Origin: Clostridia bacterium
GTDB lineage: Bacteria; Bacillota; Clostridia; UBA1381; UMGS1253
Direction: 5' to 3'
Assembly (NCBI GenBank): GCA_045652745.1
Contig: JAZRUW010000004.1
Span: forward strand, 24,277-88,276
DNA: 64,000 nt
Part shown: one piece after another, positions 7,364-14,075 of the stretch
Layout of the letters: every line of letters begins with the position of its first letter
Position numbering within the stretch: the first letter of the stretch is position 1
Notes under the pieces: generated by a model
The model's database searches: none
Told to the model about the DNA's origin: nothing
What the model saw: the letters and a program-made list of their open reading frames with translations, nothing else
Translations under genes and position numbers: made by a program

Positions 7364-7405
7364 GGATGGATTCGCCTTGCCGCAGCAAGGCGAATCCATC
7401 CTCTT
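7364..7405. repeat. 17-bp-stem hairpin containing a 15-nt copy of the tRNA-Tyr 3' end (att-like repeat)
   Basis: CGAATCCATCCTCTT at 7391-7405 is identical to 5962-5976 inside tRNA-Tyr. The hairpin is GGATGGATTCGCCTTGC-cgca-GCAAGGCGAATCCATCC. Confidence 0.6.
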
Positions 7406-7415
7406 TCTATATCCA

Positions 7416-7454
7416 TTAAAAATAGTGCTTGATTTCTTTTAAAACCAAGCACTA
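7416..7454 (-). terminator. intrinsic terminator of the HTH gene
   Basis: On the minus strand, TAGTGCTTG...CAAGCACTA is followed by TTTTT. It overlaps the stop codon. Confidence 0.6.
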
Positions 7455-7655
7455 CTCTTTTACATATTCTATAATTTCACTTGCTGTACAATCCAATGCC
7501 GAACATATTCTATCTAATACAAAACTGTCATATCTCTTCACTTTATTTTTATAATAATTATCAATCACCTGATACTGTATGCCTGTACGCTTAGACAACT
7601 CATATCGACTTACACTGTATTTTTCAAGCGCTTTATCTAATTGAATTCTTATCAT
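7452..7655 (-). CDS. HTH_26-type (XRE-like) small transcriptional regulator
   Basis: MIRIQLDKALEKYSVSRYELSKRTGIQYQVIDNYYKNKVKRYDSFVLDRICSALDCTASEIIEYVKE. A GGGGGTGAG RBS lies just upstream of ATG 7653-7655; the longer ORF-track start is unlikely. Confidence 0.8.
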   Translation of the reverse strand: MIRIQLDKALEKYSVSRYELSKRTGIQYQVIDNYYKNKVKRYDSFVLDRICSALDCTASEIIEYVKE

Positions 7656-7825
7656 ATGCTCACCCCCTGAATACATTTTAATAAATATATATTCTCTTGA
7701 CAATTTCTTTAATTAGATATATGCTTATATAGATATATATTGGAAGGTGTTTTTATGCGGAAATTATAAATCTCTTTAAAACCATTAAAGATGATAGAAA
7801 AAATGGAAACTTAATAAAAGAGGTC

Positions 7826-7957
7826 ATGTCGGCTTACAATGATTACTATGAATTTGTTGTACATGTCAGCGGCTCATTTTATTCATTCTCCGCCAATCTG
7901 GATGTGCTAAAAAAACAACTTGCAAAGCAGCTTAAAACGTTGTCATACGAATTATAA
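7826..7957 (+). CDS. small hypothetical ORF (43 aa), possibly the in-frame tail of a frameshifted 68-aa gene
   Basis: The frame is open from 7733. The well-placed ATG 7755 (GGAAGGTG RBS) is one nt out of frame and stops after 4 codons. An internal ATG at 7826 has an AAGAGG RBS. Confidence 0.3.
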   Translation: MSAYNDYYEFVVHVSGSFYSFSANLDVLKKQLAKQLKTLSYEL

Positions 7958-8059
7958 AAATAGAAGAACGCCACTTTTTTCAAAACACAATTTTCTGTTG
8001 TGCCTTATTCATTTTTATGCTATACTGAACTCAACACTTCCCGAAAAGGAGTTCTTCGT

Positions 8060-9127
8060 ATGGCAGACAACCGAAATTACGGTATTGATTTATTAAGAAT
8101 AATTTCGATGTTTATGGTATGTGTCCTGCACGTGCTCGGCGCGGGCGGTGTGCTTAGTGCAACCGAGCCGTTTCGCACGCAATACAACGTTTCCTGGTTT
8201 TTGGAGGCACTTTCGTTTTGCGCCGTCAACTGCTATGCCATTATCTCCGGCTATGTCGGTGTATATGCAAAACACAAGTATTCCGGCATTGTCAATTTGT
8301 GGCTACAGGTGTTTTTCTACTCCCTGCTCATCACGGTGCTTTTTTATAATTGGCAACCCGGGCTGGTAAGTGAAGAAGTGCAACTCAAAGCGGTTTTCCC
8401 TGTTTCTATGGGACAGTACTGGTATTTTACCGCATACTTCTTACTCTATTTCTTCGCACCGATTTTAAATGCCGGCATTTCGGTTTTGCCGAAAGAGAAG
8501 CTGCGCGGTCTGCTTGCGGTCCTGTTTGTATCGCTGACCGTACTGCCGCTGCTGTTTAAAAAAGACATTTTCTCCACCATGCAGGGTTACAGCGCACTCT
8601 GGCTGTTGTACTTATACTGCATCGGCGCATACATCAAGGTGCACGGCATCGAAACAAAGGTGAAAACCGGGTGGTGTCTGCTTGCATTTGTTCTCTGTAC
8701 ACTTTTGTCCTGGGCAGCAAAGCTCGGCATAGATTATAAACTGATGCAAATCCCCTACAATCCCGATTGGGAATATCTGATTTTGACCTACCCGGCACCG
8801 TTTGTAGCGGGCGCAGCTATTGCGCTGTTTTTAATCTTTGCAAAACTGAACGTGCGCTTTGGCAAGGGACTCATCCGTTTCTTTGCCCCGCTGTCCTTTT
8901 CCGTATTTTTAATTCACACGCATCCGCTGATTTTTGGCAACTATCTGTGGAATTCCTGCGCATTTTTGGCACAACTGTCGCCTGCAAAAATGGTCGGCGG
9001 CGCGTGCCTGATTGCGCTGGCCATTCACATAGGATGCAGTATAATTGACCTGCCGCGTCATTACCTGTTTAAATACGGTGTAAACAAAGCAACGGCATGG
9101 ATAGAAAACAAACTGACGAAGAAATGA
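8060..9127 (+). CDS. acyltransferase family 3 membrane protein (O-acyltransferase)
   Basis: NYGIDLLRIISMFMVCVLHVLGAGG is the Acyl_transf_3 N-terminal motif. About 10 TM segments. AAAAGGAG RBS precedes ATG 8060. Confidence 0.85.
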   Translation: MADNRNYGIDLLRIISMFMVCVLHVLGAGGVLSATEPFRTQYNVSWFLEALSFCAVNCYAIISGYVGVYAKHKYSGIVNLWLQVFFYSLLITVLFYNWQPGLVSEEVQLKAVFPVSMGQYWYFTAYFLLYFFAPILNAGISVLPKEKLRGLLAVLFVSLTVLPLLFKKDIFSTMQGYSALWLLYLYCIGAYIKVHGIETKVKTGWCLLAFVLCTLLSWAAKLGIDYKLMQIPYNPDWEYLILTYPAPFVAGAAIALFLIFAKLNVRFGKGLIRFFAPLSFSVFLIHTHPLIFGNYLWNSCAFLAQLSPAKMVGGACLIALAIHIGCSIIDLPRHYLFKYGVNKATAWIENKLTKK

Positions 9128-9133
9128 ACCTAG

Positions 9134-9169
9134 TAAAAAGAACGAAGGCATTTAAACCTTCGTTCTTTT
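9134..9169. terminator. bidirectional intrinsic terminator
   Basis: AAGAACGAAGG-catttaaa-CCTTCGTTCTT flanked by A and T runs, between convergent genes. Confidence 0.65.
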
Positions 9170-9194
9170 TATGGTCTGAACTTTTTAGCATTCC

Positions 9195-9725
9195 CTATAT
9201 AATTTCAAATTGCATACTACGCATTACATCAATCGCCTTTTCGTGCATCGCTTCATCATTGGATGCGCAAAGCTCTGCGTTAATCTTTATCGTCGCATTT
9301 TTAAAATGGTTTTGCAAGATGACTGCATTAGAGAGCACACACAGATTGGTCACCACGCCGCAAAGCTCGATTTCATCGACCATGCCGCAATGTTCTTTAA
9401 TCACAATCGGCAAATCTCTCGAACCAAAGCTCGTCTTGCTCACGGTGTGCACCTGCGGCAATTTTAAATAGTCGTTCATCATGCCGGAAATCTTTGCGCC
9501 CTCACTGCCTTTGCGGCAATGCATCACGGGCAGATGCTTGCCCTCGCGCGTATTTAAATAAGCATCATCGTGAATATCCAGGGTGAAAAATATCTCATAG
9601 CCGTCGCGAAGCGCCTCAGCAATACGGTTATAAATCGGGCGCTCCAGTTGCTTTGCTTTTAAAAAGCCAAGTGCGCCGGTAATAAAATCGTTTTGATAAT
9701 CCACAACCACCAATACCTTTTTCAT
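9195..9725 (-). CDS. isochorismatase-family cysteine hydrolase (nicotinamidase-like)
   Basis: VVVDYQNDF (Asp), and the catalytic Cys context ELCGVVTNLCV. Confidence 0.85.
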   Translation of the reverse strand: MKKVLVVVDYQNDFITGALGFLKAKQLERPIYNRIAEALRDGYEIFFTLDIHDDAYLNTREGKHLPVMHCRKGSEGAKISGMMNDYLKLPQVHTVSKTSFGSRDLPIVIKEHCGMVDEIELCGVVTNLCVLSNAVILQNHFKNATIKINAELCASNDEAMHEKAIDVMRSMQFEII

Positions 9726-9744
9726 CTGCGTTCACCTCAATTAC

Positions 9745-9773
9745 ATTTTACACAATTTTACAAGTTTTGTCAA
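9745..9773 (-). promoter_or_regulatory. sigma-A promoter of the hydrolase gene
   Basis: Minus strand: TTGACA (9768-9773), 17 nt, TAAAAT (9745-9750). Confidence 0.55.
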
Positions 9774-9856
9774 CCAACCTGCTTAGTTATCACCTCTTTG
9801 TCATTTTCCGCACCCGTACACTTTTGCAACCAAATATGTCATTTTCCCCAAAGCCA

Positions 9857-9908
9857 ACAAATTTCTACACGCAATAAAAAAGCACTCCGTCGGAGTGCTT
9901 TTTTATTA
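9857..9908. repeat. 52-bp direct repeat copy 1 (contains a terminator hairpin)
   Basis: ACAAATTTCTACACGCAATAAAAAAGCACTCCGtCGGAGTGCTTTTTTATT. Identical to 10685-10736 except for the loop base. Confidence 0.9.
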
Positions 9909-10217
9909 TTCCCTTATTGCTTTTATAATGTAAAAAACCAAAGCGATCGGGTAAGAAATCCAACCCAGTAAAAGTGACCCAATAAGTCTTATCATAAATG
10001 CTATTACCAAAACCGCCAACTCGCCACCAATTATCCACCCACCAAGGATTTTTCCAAACAACTCCCAACCATATGGCAAGCCAGCAAAACAAATACCGAC
10101 CGTGCAACCGCCCCAGAATTCAAACGTCGTCTCAAAACTAAAATATGCGAATGCAAAACCAATTATAAATCCAATGACACCTTTAATAATCATTGACTGA
10201 AGTTTTTCTTTGTACAT
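9906..10217 (-). CDS. small integral membrane protein (103 aa, about 3 TM), hypothetical
   Basis: AAGGGAGAG RBS precedes ATG ending at 10217. Sequence begins MYKEKLQSMIIKGVIGFIIGFAFAYF. The N-terminal extension in the ORF track (to 10331) runs through GC-rich hairpins and is rejected. Confidence 0.65.
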   Translation of the reverse strand: MYKEKLQSMIIKGVIGFIIGFAFAYFSFETTFEFWGGCTVGICFAGLPYGWELFGKILGGWIIGGELAVLVIAFMIRLIGSLLLGWISYPIALVFYIIKAIRE

Positions 10218-10342
10218 ATTACTCTCCCTTTCTTTGTGCTGTACTTTTGTGACCAAAAGTACCAAAAGTCCCGGGGGTTCCGATTCCCCCGGACCCCTAA
10301 AACGGCTTGGGCGGGTTTGCACCCCTCCCAAGACCCACCCCG

Positions 10343-10453
10343 CTACTCGCCGGTGGCGATATAGTTTTCCTCCATTTCGATTTGCAATTGCTTTAACTCT
10401 TCAATTATATCTGTGATTTTGTTAAAGACTTTAAAATACATCTCTTCCTGCAT
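10343..10453 (-). CDS. 36-aa acidic helical mini-ORF, hypothetical
   Basis: GGGGTGAGGA RBS 4 nt before ATG (10451-10453). Sequence is MQEEMYFKVFNKITDIIEELKQLQIEMEENYIATGE. It is below the ORF-track size cut-off. Confidence 0.35.
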   Translation of the reverse strand: MQEEMYFKVFNKITDIIEELKQLQIEMEENYIATGE

Positions 10454-10471
10454 CTGTCCTCACCCCGCTAA

Positions 10472-10627
10472 TAAAAAAATGCGCAGCCGAAGCCACGCAT
10501 GAAAAACGCATGTCTCCGGTTTGACGAACAAATCTACAAATCCAAAGGAAGTATGCAGAACAGAGCATGCATTTTTACCAAAATGTAAAAACACATACTT
10601 CCATTTGGAATATTCGATTTGTTCGTC
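10472..10627 (-). ncRNA. candidate small RNA or cis-regulatory leader: long imperfect hairpin plus UUCG-loop terminator
   Basis: The predicted TSS is about 10627, just downstream of the promoter. The 105-nt hairpin (10523-10627) has helices of 12, 6 and 9 bp. It is followed by UGCGUGGC-UUCG-GCUGCGCA and U7 (10472-10499). Confidence 0.4.
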
Positions 10628-10633
10628 GACATT

Positions 10634-10662
10634 ATTCTATCATAATCCTCGAAATCTGTCCA
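10634..10662 (-). promoter_or_regulatory. sigma-A promoter with extended -10
   Basis: Minus strand: TGGACA (10657-10662), 17 nt, TGaTAGAAT (-10 at 10634-10639). Confidence 0.5.
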
Positions 10663-10684
10663 GTTTTTTATTTCGCAAAAAAAG

Positions 10685-10736
10685 ACAAATTTCTACACGC
10701 AATAAAAAAGCACTCCGACGGAGTGCTTTTTTATTC
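10685..10736. repeat. 52-bp direct repeat copy 2 (nrdD terminator)
   Basis: Same sequence as 9857-9908 with one loop difference. The hairpin is AGCACTCCG-a-CGGAGTGCT with flanking A6/T6. Confidence 0.9.
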
Positions 10737-10740
10737 TATC

Positions 10741-13101
10741 TTAGTTGTTCTGCAAAAACTTGGTGATGTCACCGATACCGCTGTAGATTTTCTGGCTGTC
10801 GCCTTCTCTTACAACGAGGGTCGGTGCCTGTGTGATGCCGAGCGATTTTGTAAGGTCGGCCACTTCTTCTGCATCTACCTTGGTATAGTCGATGCCTGCG
10901 CTACCCAGCATGGTTGCCGCAATCTTACAGTTCGGGCAGGTCTTTGTCGTAAACAGCAAGGTCTTTTCTACCGCCGGTGCGCTCACCGGAGCATCCTCAA
11001 CGCGAATCGGGGTTGCCGGTGCACGCAAATCGGATTTTTCCAAATCATAAACCTTTCTGTCCTTAAATTCCTGACTCTTACCGTCGTTCCAGTTCTGTAC
11101 CGGACGGTAGTAACCGGTGATACGGCTGTAAACCTCGGTCTTTTCACCGCACTGCGGACAGGTATAAACCTCACCGCTCAAGTAGCCATGATTTTTGCAT
11201 ACGGAGTAAGTCGGCGAAAGCGTGTAGTACGGCAGACGGTGGTTTTCCGCAATCTTGCGTACCAGTGTAGCCGCCGCTTTCCAATCCGGCAATTTCTCGC
11301 CGAGGAAGGCGTGGAATACCGTACCCGATGTATAGAGTGTCTGCAAATCATCCTGAATGGAAAGTGCTTCAAAAATATCATCGGTGTAACCAACCGGCAA
11401 GTGCGAAGAGTTGGTGTAGTACGGTGTGCCGTTTTCGTTTGCGGTGATGATGTCACCAAACTGATCTACGTCGTGCTTTGCAAGACGGTAGGATGTCGAC
11501 TCGGCCGGTGTTGCCTCGAGGTTGTAGAGGTCGCCGTACTTTTCCTGATAATCGGAAAGTCTTTCACGCATATGATTTAAAACGTCCTGCGTAAATTTCT
11601 GTGTCTTTTCATTGGTCATATCCGCTTTGAGCCACTTTGCGTTCAAGCCCGCTTCGTTCATACCCACCAGACCGATGGTCGAGAAATGGTTTTCAAACGT
11701 ACCGAGGTAACGCTTGGTGTACGGATACAAGCCTTCGTTTAAGAGCTTGGTAATAACCGTTCTCTTAATCTTCAAGGAACGTGCGGAAATATCCATCAAA
11801 TTATCCAAACGTGCATAGAACTCCTGCTCGTTTTCGGACATATATGCAATACGCGGCATATTGATGGTTACAACGCCGACGCTACCGGTGCTTTCACCGC
11901 TGCCGAAGAAACCGCCGGACTTTTTACGCAGCTCGCGCAAGTCCAGACGCAGACGGCAGCACATACTGCGCACGTCGCTCGGCTCCATATCGCTGTTGAT
12001 GTAGTTGGAAAAATACGGTGTACCGTATTTGGATGTCATCTCAAAGAGAAGCTTGTTGTTTTCGGTTTCGGACCAGTCAAAGTCACGTGTGATGGAGTAG
12101 GTCGGAATCGGATACTGGAAGCCGCGGCCGTTCGCGTCACCCTCAATCATGATTTCGATGAAGGCTTTGTTAATCATATCCATTTCAGCCTTACAGTCTT
12201 TGTACTTAAAGTCTACTTCCTTACCGCCGATGATACAGTTCTGTTCTGCAAGATCGGCCGGTACGGTCCAGTCGAGCGTGATGTTGGAGAACGGCGCCTG
12301 TGTACCCCAACGGCTCGGGATATTTACACCGAATACGAAGGATTCGATGCACTTTTTCACTTCATAGTAAGAAAGGTTGTCCACCTTTACAAACGGTGCA
12401 AGGTAGGTATCGAACGAAGAAAACGCTTGCGCGCCTGCCCACTCGTTCTGCATGATACCAAGGAAGTTTACCATCTGGTTGCACAGCGTGGACAGATGAC
12501 TTGCCGGCTTGGAGGTAATCTTACCGTTTACGCCGCCAAGACCCTCTTGAATGAGCTGCTTTAACGACCAGCCTGCACAGTAACCTGTCAGCATCGAAAG
12601 GTCGTGAATGTGAATATCCGCGCGACGGTGTGCATTTGCAATATCGTCATCGTAGATTTCGGACAGCCAGTAGTTTGCGGTAATTGCACCGGAGTTGGAC
12701 AAAATAAGACCGCCGACGGAATAGGTCACCGTAGAGTTTTCCTTTACACGCCAGTCCGTAACCTTAACATAACTGTTTACGAGGTCTTTATAGTTTAATA
12801 AGGTTGCTTTGGTTGCACGCACCTTTTCGCGCTGACGGCGATAAAGGATGTATGCCTTTGCAACATCGGCGTAGCCGCCCAAAATAAGCACGGACTCTAC
12901 GCTGTCCTGAATGTCCTCCACCTTAATAATGTCATTTTTAATTTTCGGCTCAAATTCCGCCGTAACCTTGAGTGCAAGCAAATCAATTACGCTCGGATGA
13001 TACTGCTTGCCCTGTGCATCAAAGGCTTTTGTGATGGCCGCGCTGATTTTCGAAATATCGAACTCCACAAGCGCGCCGTCGCGTTTCATTACCTGATACA
13101 T
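10741..13101 (-). CDS. nrdD: anaerobic ribonucleoside-triphosphate reductase NrdD with a C-terminal glutaredoxin/NrdH-like domain
   Basis: ATP-cone N-terminus (VMKRDGALVEFDISKI), thiyl loop SMCCRLRL, Zn ribbon CPQCG, glycyl-radical motif SRITGYYRPV. An extra roughly 100 aa ends in TLLFTTKTCPNCK...APTLVV. ATG 13101 lies 8 nt after GTGGGGA. Confidence 0.95.
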   Translation of the reverse strand: MYQVMKRDGALVEFDISKISAAITKAFDAQGKQYHPSVIDLLALKVTAEFEPKIKNDIIKVEDIQDSVESVLILGGYADVAKAYILYRRQREKVRATKATLLNYKDLVNSYVKVTDWRVKENSTVTYSVGGLILSNSGAITANYWLSEIYDDDIANAHRRADIHIHDLSMLTGYCAGWSLKQLIQEGLGGVNGKITSKPASHLSTLCNQMVNFLGIMQNEWAGAQAFSSFDTYLAPFVKVDNLSYYEVKKCIESFVFGVNIPSRWGTQAPFSNITLDWTVPADLAEQNCIIGGKEVDFKYKDCKAEMDMINKAFIEIMIEGDANGRGFQYPIPTYSITRDFDWSETENNKLLFEMTSKYGTPYFSNYINSDMEPSDVRSMCCRLRLDLRELRKKSGGFFGSGESTGSVGVVTINMPRIAYMSENEQEFYARLDNLMDISARSLKIKRTVITKLLNEGLYPYTKRYLGTFENHFSTIGLVGMNEAGLNAKWLKADMTNEKTQKFTQDVLNHMRERLSDYQEKYGDLYNLEATPAESTSYRLAKHDVDQFGDIITANENGTPYYTNSSHLPVGYTDDIFEALSIQDDLQTLYTSGTVFHAFLGEKLPDWKAAATLVRKIAENHRLPYYTLSPTYSVCKNHGYLSGEVYTCPQCGEKTEVYSRITGYYRPVQNWNDGKSQEFKDRKVYDLEKSDLRAPATPIRVEDAPVSAPAVEKTLLFTTKTCPNCKIAATMLGSAGIDYTKVDAEEVADLTKSLGITQAPTLVVREGDSQKIYSGIGDITKFLQNN

Positions 13102-13218
13102 CTTGTATATCCCCACTTTCTCAAAATTTTCGGATTTTCGCTCCGTTTGGCGATAATTATGTAAACATTAAAAAGCACAACCCCACTCGCCCTTGCCGGA
13201 AAAAGCGGGATTGTACCC

Positions 13219-13247
13219 ATTATAACACTACTATATTTTGTTGTCAA
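13219..13247 (-). promoter_or_regulatory. perfect consensus sigma-A promoter of nrdD
   Basis: Minus strand: TTGACA (13242-13247), 17 nt, TATAAT (13219-13224). Confidence 0.65.
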
Positions 13248-13289
13248 TATATTGTGTTAATTTTTTTCAAAAACCACAATATTTTGTTA
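13242..13289. promoter_or_regulatory. two NrdR-box-like palindromes, centres 32 bp apart
   Basis: TGTCAATATATTGTGT (13242-13257) matches the acaCwAtATaTwGtgt consensus at 13 of 16 positions. CCACAATATTTTGTTA (13274-13289) matches at 12 of 16. The first overlaps the -35. Confidence 0.45.
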
Positions 13290-13976
13290 TATGCCGCGCA
13301 AATGCACCTCTCCCACAAAAGGCGCCGCAGCCGCCGCAAATGCCTGCAAATCCGCACTTTCCGGCGCATGCAAGCCGCTTTGTATCACCGTTTCTCCGTC
13401 ACGGAACACTGCCATGTAGTAGTGTTTTGCGCCCGAAATCCACTTGCCTATATCCACAATATCTTGTGGTGTGTGAAATTCCGCTACAAGCGTAGTGCGA
13501 AACTCATAATCGACTTTTCCCGAGAGCAGATAATCCACACTTTTTTCGACTTTGGCAGTATCAAAATTTTCGATACCCACGGTCAAACCGTACTTTTCCT
13601 TGCTGTTTTTGATGTCCATTGCCACATAATCTATAAGCCCCTGCTCGCAAAGCGCAATAAGTTTATCGGGCAGCGTACCGTTGGTGTCGAGCTTTACGCT
13701 GTACCCGAGGTCTTTGATGTTTCGGATAAACGCTTCGATGTCCGGTTGTAAAAGCGGCTCTCCGCCGCTGATACACACGCCGTCCAAAATCCCTTTGCGT
13801 TTATGTAAAAATGCAAAAAATTCCTCTTCCGACACTTCCGGTGCAGGCGCATCGAGCACCAGCGGTCCGTTATGACAAAACGGGCAACGCAAATTGCACC
13901 CGCCGGTAAACAGCGTGCATGCCATCTTCCCCGGATAATCGTTTAAAGACAATTTTATTAAACTGCAAATCTGCAT
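13287..13976 (-). CDS. nrdG: anaerobic ribonucleotide reductase activating protein (radical SAM)
   Basis: CNLRCPFCHN cluster motif, about 230 aa, adjacent to nrdD. AAGGGAG RBS precedes ATG 13974-13976. Confidence 0.93.
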   Translation of the reverse strand: MQICSLIKLSLNDYPGKMACTLFTGGCNLRCPFCHNGPLVLDAPAPEVSEEEFFAFLHKRKGILDGVCISGGEPLLQPDIEAFIRNIKDLGYSVKLDTNGTLPDKLIALCEQGLIDYVAMDIKNSKEKYGLTVGIENFDTAKVEKSVDYLLSGKVDYEFRTTLVAEFHTPQDIVDIGKWISGAKHYYMAVFRDGETVIQSGLHAPESADLQAFAAAAAPFVGEVHLRGI

Positions 13977-14031
13977 GGTATTCACTCCCTTGTTTTCTAT
14001 TGTACCTTATGGCTTTTGTGCTGTCAAGCGA

Positions 14032-14060
14032 TTGACACGCAAACCAAAAACCACTATAAT
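14032..14060 (+). promoter_or_regulatory. perfect consensus sigma-A promoter
   Basis: TTGACA (14032-14037), 17 nt, TATAAT (14055-14060). Confidence 0.6.
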
Positions 14061-14075
14061 TATAGGAAAGGAGAG

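Noticed and set aside
10218-10331. 38-aa N-terminal extension of the small membrane protein
   Set aside because: It runs through GC-rich hairpins and lacks an RBS. ATG 10217 has AAGGGAGAG upstream.
10567-11580. 337-aa + strand ORF
   Set aside because: It lies entirely antisense to the well-supported nrdD gene. The translation is Arg/Cys/Val-rich and low in complexity, with no RBS. It is a shadow ORF.
13225-13241. A third NrdR-like box (ACACTACTATATTTTGT) in the nrdD promoter spacer
   Set aside because: It matches the consensus only if a 1-nt deletion is allowed, and its centre is about 17 bp from the neighbouring box. This is inconsistent with the usual spacing.
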